DNA of 63,983 nt, counting the filler, from Collodictyon triciliatum (taxonomy: Eukaryota): the NCBI GenBank assembly GCA_043381765.1. It is 6 parts of 6 records of this genome, joined end to end, with 100 filler letters (N's around TTAATTAATTAA, not from the genome) between each part and the next. Parts side by side here need not be neighbours in the genome. Positions count along the whole stretch, not along the records: positions 47,813 to 59,659 come from JBHJMP010002297.1; positions 59,760 to 63,983 come from JBHJMP010002352.1; 4 more parts are not named here. The stretch is one strand, 5' to 3'. Shown here piece by piece: positions 57,276 to 63,983 of this stretch. Position 1 is the stretch's first letter. Each line of letters starts with the position of its first letter. A model generated the notes under the pieces. That model was not told the origin of the DNA. It worked only from the letters and a program-made list of their open reading frames with translations, and did no database searches. Made by a program: the position numbers and the translations under genes.

Positions 57276-58028
57276 TTTTTTTTTTTCCTTTATTCGATTC
57301 AAAGTGCAGCGGGGTTATGCCATACAAAGGGGCGGGATGGGAGCGCATGGGAGAGAGCAAACGTGATAGGAGAAGACACTACCGTGGAGACCAGCACCGG
57401 AAAGAAGTCAGTGATAGCGAGTTGGTCGGGTGGGCGGCTCAAATGGCTGATTGGTTGCGTGGGCAGCAGGGGTTGGATGTGCTGTGGGAGATATCACACG
57501 ACACATTCCCACATCTCTCTTCGTTTGCGGTCAGAGTAGCGAAGAATGCGGGCGTGTTTCAGCAGACTGTTCAGGAAGCTGTATTGCACGAGGCTCTCAA
57601 GCCTGGATACATGGATATCTCGTTCGGGTGAATCATTAGAGTGAGAGAATGCACGCACACTCCATAAGGACCACAGCATATGTCCCCTTGTGACTGTCCA
57701 GAGTATTCTAGAGTCGTGGGTCATTTGCTATTGTGGGCCAAACAGGATGTCAGACGCGCTGAGTCGGTTGGGAGCATAATCAAGCTCAGAGAGCATCTTG
57801 TGGGTATACTCTGTCACTTTTTGAGCAAGAGAGCACTTCACAAATGTGTGTTCGATAGATTCATCTCCACTATGGCACATGGTGCATTCTGGAGAGGTCG
57901 TTGCTGCTTGGACTACACGCGCACCTATCCACAGCTCTCTGTTGGAGATATTGAGCAGTAGGGCGCGGTGTTTCGGGAGTAGCCGAGATATGTTTGACAT
58001 GACACAAGCTCGACACAACCCACCCTGC
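57276..58028 (-). mobile_element. Decayed L1/Tx1-type non-LTR retrotransposon 3' portion (zf-RVT + C-terminus)
   Basis: One frame with two in-frame stops (57728, 57494): ECTMCHSGDESIEHTFVKC (CCHC zinc knuckle), LWSLWSVR; final TGA at 57301-57299 inside TTGAATCGAATAAAGG, then (A)11. Confidence 0.9.
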
Positions 58029-58075
58029 TAAAAAAAAAAAAAATTCAAAGCAGCTCAGCACCTAGCCGGCCAGTG

Positions 58076-59311
58076 ATGCTTCCCGCCTGCTTTGCCCTTT
58101 TGATCGCAGCCACATGTCTTTTCGCCCAGGGGATCGGGGGACAAGAATGGACATACCTCACAACAGTGAGCCCCACCACAAGCGTGAGGAACTCGCAGTT
58201 TGGTCGCCGTCTCAGCACCTCGGAGAACCACGCCCTCTTCGGCGTCCCAGCATTCGCAACAGGTGGAGTCCTTTCGTCGGGTATTTGCTTTATCTACGAA
58301 CAGACAGGCAGGACCTGGTCTCTCCAGCAAACGGTCAGCAGCGAACAGCCGCGCTCAAACGAAGGCTTCGGGTCCAGTGTTGCGGTTCATCAGACCACGT
58401 TATTAGTCGGTGCTCCTGGAACATCAGCGATTGCCGGAACAGCCTATATCTTTGTGCTTTCCCAGGCCGATTCATCGTGGGTACATGCCACCAACTTGAC
58501 ACTATCTGGAAACAGTGCCGGCTTCCGATTCGGCCTCGCAGTCGCCTTATGCGATGACTACGCATTGGTTTCGGCTCCCTATCAAACAGTGATGGGCAAA
58601 GAGAATTCTGGTGCGCTTTATGTCTACATTCGTGTTCTAGCCACTCAGAGAGGGAAGATTCACGGCCAGCGCCTGAATTATTCCTGGGTTTACGAGGCGA
58701 TGTTGGTGCCACCCACTCCTGCCGCAAACCAATACACGGGATTCTCTGTGGCTGCCTCAAATGATTATGCGGCTGGTTCTTCGCCTTATGCAAGCTCCAA
58801 AGGTGTTGTATACGTATTTTCCAACCCAAAAGTACGCGGAGTACAATGGAGCTTAATGGCTCAAGTTACCGCTTCAAATATTGCAGACTCTTACTTTGGA
58901 GCCAGTATATCAATGGCCTTGCCTTATTTAATTTCATCAGCCGATTACGATAATGGCGGTGCCCTTGAGGCAGGGGCTGTGTATCTATTTAAGCTGGATC
59001 AAACTAATACGACGTGGGTTCAGATTAGTAAGATAATATCCCCAAGTCCTGGGTTCGACTTTCGTTTTGGAATTGCGCTCTCGGCATCTACAATTCCAAA
59101 AACTATAATGATTGCGGATACCGAGTCAAACATCTTTACATTCGTCCTTGATGGGGACACTCCAGTTTTCCATGATCGAAAGAACGGGTCGAATGTGGCC
59201 GTCAGTCCGTCATCCAGGCATCGGATTAGAGGAAATTATGCCTCTTATTCTGGGTCAGGACAGGCTGACTTTGATTACGATGCTTCTCTCTTTTCGAGTA
59301 GGTTTTTCTAA
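58076..59311 (+). CDS. Secreted or surface FG-GAP repeat (integrin-alpha-like beta-propeller) protein; may continue by splicing past the contig end
   Basis: Signal peptide, then about 6 repeats of FG.S(V/L)A....L.V(G/S)AP...G..Y(V/I)F (e.g. FGSSVAVHQTTLLVGAP...AGTAYIF; FGLAVALCDDYALVSAP...SGALYVY). Confidence 0.88.
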   Translation: MLPACFALLIAATCLFAQGIGGQEWTYLTTVSPTTSVRNSQFGRRLSTSENHALFGVPAFATGGVLSSGICFIYEQTGRTWSLQQTVSSEQPRSNEGFGSSVAVHQTTLLVGAPGTSAIAGTAYIFVLSQADSSWVHATNLTLSGNSAGFRFGLAVALCDDYALVSAPYQTVMGKENSGALYVYIRVLATQRGKIHGQRLNYSWVYEAMLVPPTPAANQYTGFSVAASNDYAAGSSPYASSKGVVYVFSNPKVRGVQWSLMAQVTASNIADSYFGASISMALPYLISSADYDNGGALEAGAVYLFKLDQTNTTWVQISKIISPSPGFDFRFGIALSASTIPKTIMIADTESNIFTFVLDGDTPVFHDRKNGSNVAVSPSSRHRIRGNYASYSGSGQADFDYDASLFSSRFF

Positions 59312-59879
59312 ATGCTGAAAGAAAACCATTTTCGTTTTATTTATATTTACCATATGATAGCTAATCCAAAATACTATTACATTCAAATTCTAGACTCTAA
59401 TATACCCAGCATGAGCCCACCTTCCAGATCGCGTAAGTTTCTTATCTTTCTCTTATCTTTATTTCTTTCTGTCCTTAATCTCTTCTTTTCTCTCTTCTTT
59501 TCTCTCTTCTTTTCTCTCTTCTTTTCTCTCTTCTTTTCTCTCTTCTTTTCTCTCTTCTTTTCTCTCTTCTTTTCTCTCTTCTTTTCTCTCTTCTTTTCTC
59601 TCTTCTTTTCTCTCTTCTTTTCTCTCTTCTTTTCTCTCTTCTTTTCTCTCTTCTTTTCTNNNNNNNNNNNNNNNNNNNNNNNNNNNNNNNNNNNNNNNNN
59701 NNNTTAATTAATTAANNNNNNNNNNNNNNNNNNNNNNNNNNNNNNNNNNNNNNNNNNNNATTGTTCCTGTAATTTGGTGCTTACGGATTTTATCTGTTTT
59801 TTGTCACATAATTTCCATTTTGCGCGGATAATCTGAATATTCAGCCGTATTTAACGGATGTGCTCCAAGTATAACCGAA

Positions 59880-62800
59880 ATGGAATCAGAAACTAGAACT
59901 TTGCCCACAAGTACCTCTAATATTTCTTCAATTCACCAAACGGGAGTATATGGATGGTCCAAAGGAAGTAAATTCATGGATATAAATAACAAGGAATCCT
60001 GGGTGAGTATATTTTATAGTAACACGTCTATATTCTCTGTTATTAATTATATATTGTTTAGAGCAATATTCTAAATTTATAAACAAAGAGTACTAATTTT
60101 CTTCTTTTTTTAAAAAAAAAAACCAATACAATGAGGGCTATAAAAAGCATGTTCATCAATTGAATATTCGAAGCTTACCTTCGTCGTGCATACGGCATAT
60201 TTGATTCAAGCTATCTCTTTTATGTTAGCTGTCGTGCTGTCTTCCAACTCGAATGCAGTTGTAAAACCTTGCGATCTTGTAAATCAACCCCCATTTAATG
60301 TTTATCTTTATCGTCAAGTGTTTCTTTTTAATTATTAATGTACGTTTTATTGGTTTATTGTTTTTAATTTAATTTATGTTCTCACGCGGATTAATATCAA
60401 TGTTCAACTGCAGAGACCACTCTCTCCTTTTTCAAGTCACATCGTTGTCATGGACAATCTGCACTCTGTCGCGGAATTCACAGACCTCATAAAAATGAGC
60501 GGAATATGAAAATGGCTCTCTACCAACGGTCCTCAAGACATTACCCCAGAAGGGCCTGTATGGGAGTCTTTCGAAAACACCCAAAATCGCCCTCAGAGAA
60601 GTTGGATTGATGCACACAGACCCGGACAAGTATATGGGCTGAAGTAGATTCAGGTCGACTGATAACGCAAGTTTCGGGTATGCTTTAATGAAATTATTGC
60701 TGCGTTATCTTCAGAAAGTTGGTCCTCTAAAGATACTTTGGCAGAATAGCTGAATGGCTGACTTCATTACTATAACTAAGTCCTCCTTTCTAGCCTTTTG
60801 ATTCATTTGATCCTGTTAAGTTTTTTAATCGTCAGTTTCTATACTCAGAGACCAGGATGGTACAATGAAACTTAGAGCTGCTTCCATAAATAAGCTGATC
60901 GAAAGACTTACTTCAGAAGATTCAGGTGAATGTATTCTTGCGGGAAATTAATTTAGAATAAGATGGTTTTTTTAAAAAAAAAATGTGAATCTAGACGAAC
61001 AATTAAAGTATCTTGTGAAAATTAACAAGATACTTGTTCCTTCTATCTTGATTTCAGATATGGACTTTGTAATGGCTTTTTTGGCTACTTACCGGTCTTT
61101 CATATCCCTCAGAACCTAATGGATAAATATTTGGAAAGGTTTCTGCTTAACACGTCTACACAACTTCAATTGATATATTTGTATTTAAACATAAATCGCC
61201 TTGAAATGAAACAGATATCACTTCCTGAGAGATTCAGCAGTCAAGCTCATGTAATAAAACTGAGAGTTTGTAACTTCATTCATCATTGGCTTCGCGGCTG
61301 GGTACTTATAAGTTTTTAGATTAATTGCATATTTTAAAATAAAATTTTTGATATTATATCTTTGAAGATTATGTAACTTCCTGTAATTGACACGACTCAA
61401 TAAAATCCATTAACTATGCATATCGCATTTATTGCACATCTGCTCTCTTTTTATATTTTATATTTTATATTTTATATTTTATATTTTATATTTTATATTT
61501 TATATTTTTATATTTATATTTTTATGACACCATCCAGAAGTTTGGCATATATCATATAAATCTTTTTCCATATATTGTTATTGTCAGATTGAAAAATGAA
61601 ACGATGAATGTTTTAAATAGTCTGATGCTTGGACGAGAATCTTATTTCGAGGCTGGAGAAGTTGTTGAGGATTTCAAAACGTTGTCATTTCGCTCAGAGG
61701 ACATATTGCCAGTAAGCTAGAAAGGACATCAAAACAGGTATGGCGTCCTGATAAATTTTAATATATTTGATTTAACACATCTTCCGTTTTTAAAAGAAAA
61801 ATTGATAATAATATAGTTTGGTTATAAAAACAGGTAAAAATTCAGCAACAAGAGAAATCATCGGAAAAAGGGCTCGCCAACTGAGCGTATTTTTTTTTTT
61901 TTTTGTTATCCTTTAATTTTTATATTTGGGTCTTATGAATGAATGTGTCCTTGTAATATCATCTTGATGTTATTCAAATTATGTATGACATTTGATTTTT
62001 TCTATGAAAAATATTTTAAGACAACTTCAATTGATATTAGCATTTGGAGGATGTTTGGCCTATCGAATATTGGAGGCTGACGTTTGACTCGATCGCGGAA
62101 CAGATTTCGCTGATTGATTTTTCAATTTTTGCAACATCAAGTAAACTGATCAAAGAAAATCACTGGAACCTTTGTTTATTTAGATATTTACTTTTTAGAA
62201 TTTATATACTGAAATTTCATAATAAAAAAAAACCTTATTTTTCATATCTGGGGTTGGGTCCACCGTATTTTGAGTCTCCTTTTTTATGTAAAAGAGATCA
62301 TATTAAAATATCATGATTGCAAAAGTGCCACGAAATTGGTTGACCAGTCATGGAATAAACCACACCGCCGCCACCATTCTCCCCATGTGGTCTCTATGAT
62401 TGCTCGATTCAATTGGATATCTTACTGGGTTGTTAGCTCCATTCTTTGGCAAGGTATTTTCATAATAGGACTGAATATGTTGGTGTTATGATTTCACTAT
62501 CCCAAAATCAAGTTCAATCATGAATAACTGCATTAGCTTTCCAATAATAACCCTTTTTTATTTTATTTTACAATATTAGACCAATAAGAAAACGTACAAA
62601 GCTCATCAGCAAATTTATACTTATTGCAGAGGCCAGTCATTTTATGCTAATCTTTTTGTTTTTGTTTTTGTTTTGTTTTTGTTTTTGTTTTTTGTTTTTG
62701 TTTTTGTTTTTGTTTTTGGTTTTTACTGAATAAGATAATGCATTCCCTCGTATTAGATTTCATGCCATTCATCTCGAAATGTGCATCGCCACGAAGAAAA

Positions 62801-63628
62801 ATTCATTTTCCTTTCTTTTCTAGTCTCGCGCAACACTTAACAACTTTAACTCGCTGATGGCAATCTTATCTGGACTCAATCTGACACCAATCCACAGGCT
62901 TCGTGTAGCAGTTGATGATTTACATCCAAAATCAAAACAGGTTTATTTTCTTATAGAAAAATGAAGGGGAATATATTTTCTAGTGCTAAAAAACATCGTT
63001 TCGTGTCAACAAATATGATTTTATCAGTTCAGAAATATATTTGCTAATTTTTCTATCTTTTCTTTATGATTTTTTTAACGACAGTATGGGCTGAAATACA
63101 AGATTTGATGAGTAGCAATGGTTCATACAAGAAATACCGAAATGCATTGAGACAAGCGAAACCACCTTGTATTCCTTTCCTGTAAGATACCGAAGTCTAA
63201 GTCATTTTTCATTTATACGCATTTTTCTCTGTTTGTGTTTAATTATCTGGAGAGACGAAAGGAAAAAAGGATTGCATGGGTCGAATTTATTAACCTTGGC
63301 TACTTTAAATAAACCCTTGAACACTACCATCATTATGACCCGCGCGTCATTTTTATAGAGGTATGCGCATTAAATATGTTGAATTTTTCTATAATATTCT
63401 ATCTTAATTTCTGCTATTCTATTTTATTTTCTCTAGTGCGTGAGAATATATCAGATATATTTTTATTGTTACTTAATAATCGGTTCGCAGGGGTAAATCT
63501 GACCGATTTAACATTCTCGAAGGACGGAAAAAAGATACCATCGTATGACTTATAAATTTCAAAAAACGATGAGCTTATTCATAACGTATTCGGTAGGCAC
63601 ATCGTAATAGAATAAATACGCCTAATTA

Positions 63629-63673
<45 letters not shown>

Positions 63674-63770
63674 GGAGGTGCACTAAACGTACTTCTCGAT
63701 AGAGGAATCATATGTTACCAGCACGAAGGGTACACGTTCAAGCCGGACCAATTCTTTACCAAGCTATTGT
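59880..63770 (+). pseudogene. RasGEF (REM + CDC25 domains) with several frameshifts; runs off the window
   Basis: LRAASINKLIERLT, DFVMAFLATYRSF, IAEQISLIDFSIF, MIARFNWISYWV, LNNFNSLMAILSGL, PPCIPFLGVNLTDLTF. Single-base indels near 61108, 63515-63572 and about 63705 break the frame; the start is uncertain. Confidence 0.8.
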
Positions 63771-63983
63771 GTAATGACTAATTGAATACTAGTATTATAC
63801 ACACTCTATTTTGTGCTGTTTTATGCATAATCCTCTCTTTATAACATATACAATTTTGCTTTCGCTTATAATCTATTGTTGCATTTATTGTATGTTTACT
63901 TGTTTGTTTACTTGTTTGTTTACTTGTTTGTTTACTTTGTTTGTTTACTTGCTTGTTACTGTTGTTTACTTGTTTTACTTGTT

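Noticed and set aside
57494-57730. In-frame TAG/TGA in the LINE as evidence of stop-codon reassignment
   Set aside because: Host genes here terminate normally with TAA, TAG and TGA, so decay of a dead copy is the simpler explanation.

Overview
Eukaryotic, AT-rich, intron- and microsatellite-dense draft sequence from a probably flagellated protist (it encodes GAS8/DRC4). The window is not contiguous. Six contigs are joined by artificial 100-nt spacers (N44-TTAATTAATTAA-N44) at 11862, 23817, 35766, 47713 and 59660; the four complete ones are about 11.85 kb each in decreasing length order. Spliced gene models were built by hand. They include calcineurin A, a TM9SF protein, a RING-H2 ligase, a coiled-coil/PH protein, GAS8, a class I cNMP phosphodiesterase, an intronless internally duplicated membrane protein, POLD3, a MARCH-type RING-CH ligase, a complex I NUUM/NDUFC1-like subunit, a bestrophin-family channel, a zinc-finger protein, a Cache-HAMP class III nucleotidyl cyclase and an FG-GAP propeller protein. 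There are also degenerate LRR and RasGEF genes. Most interesting: (1) two divergent non-LTR retrotransposon C-termini share a canonical C-terminal PCNA PIP box at identical spacing; (2) a short copy of one family inserted at a PDE splice donor, and its target-site duplication copies AG|GT; (3) POLD3 ends 14 nt before the MARCH ATG, and retaining a GC-AG intron gives a stop-free POLD3-MARCH fusion; (4) a predicted 2-nt microexon. All family assignments come from motif recognition, not database searches.
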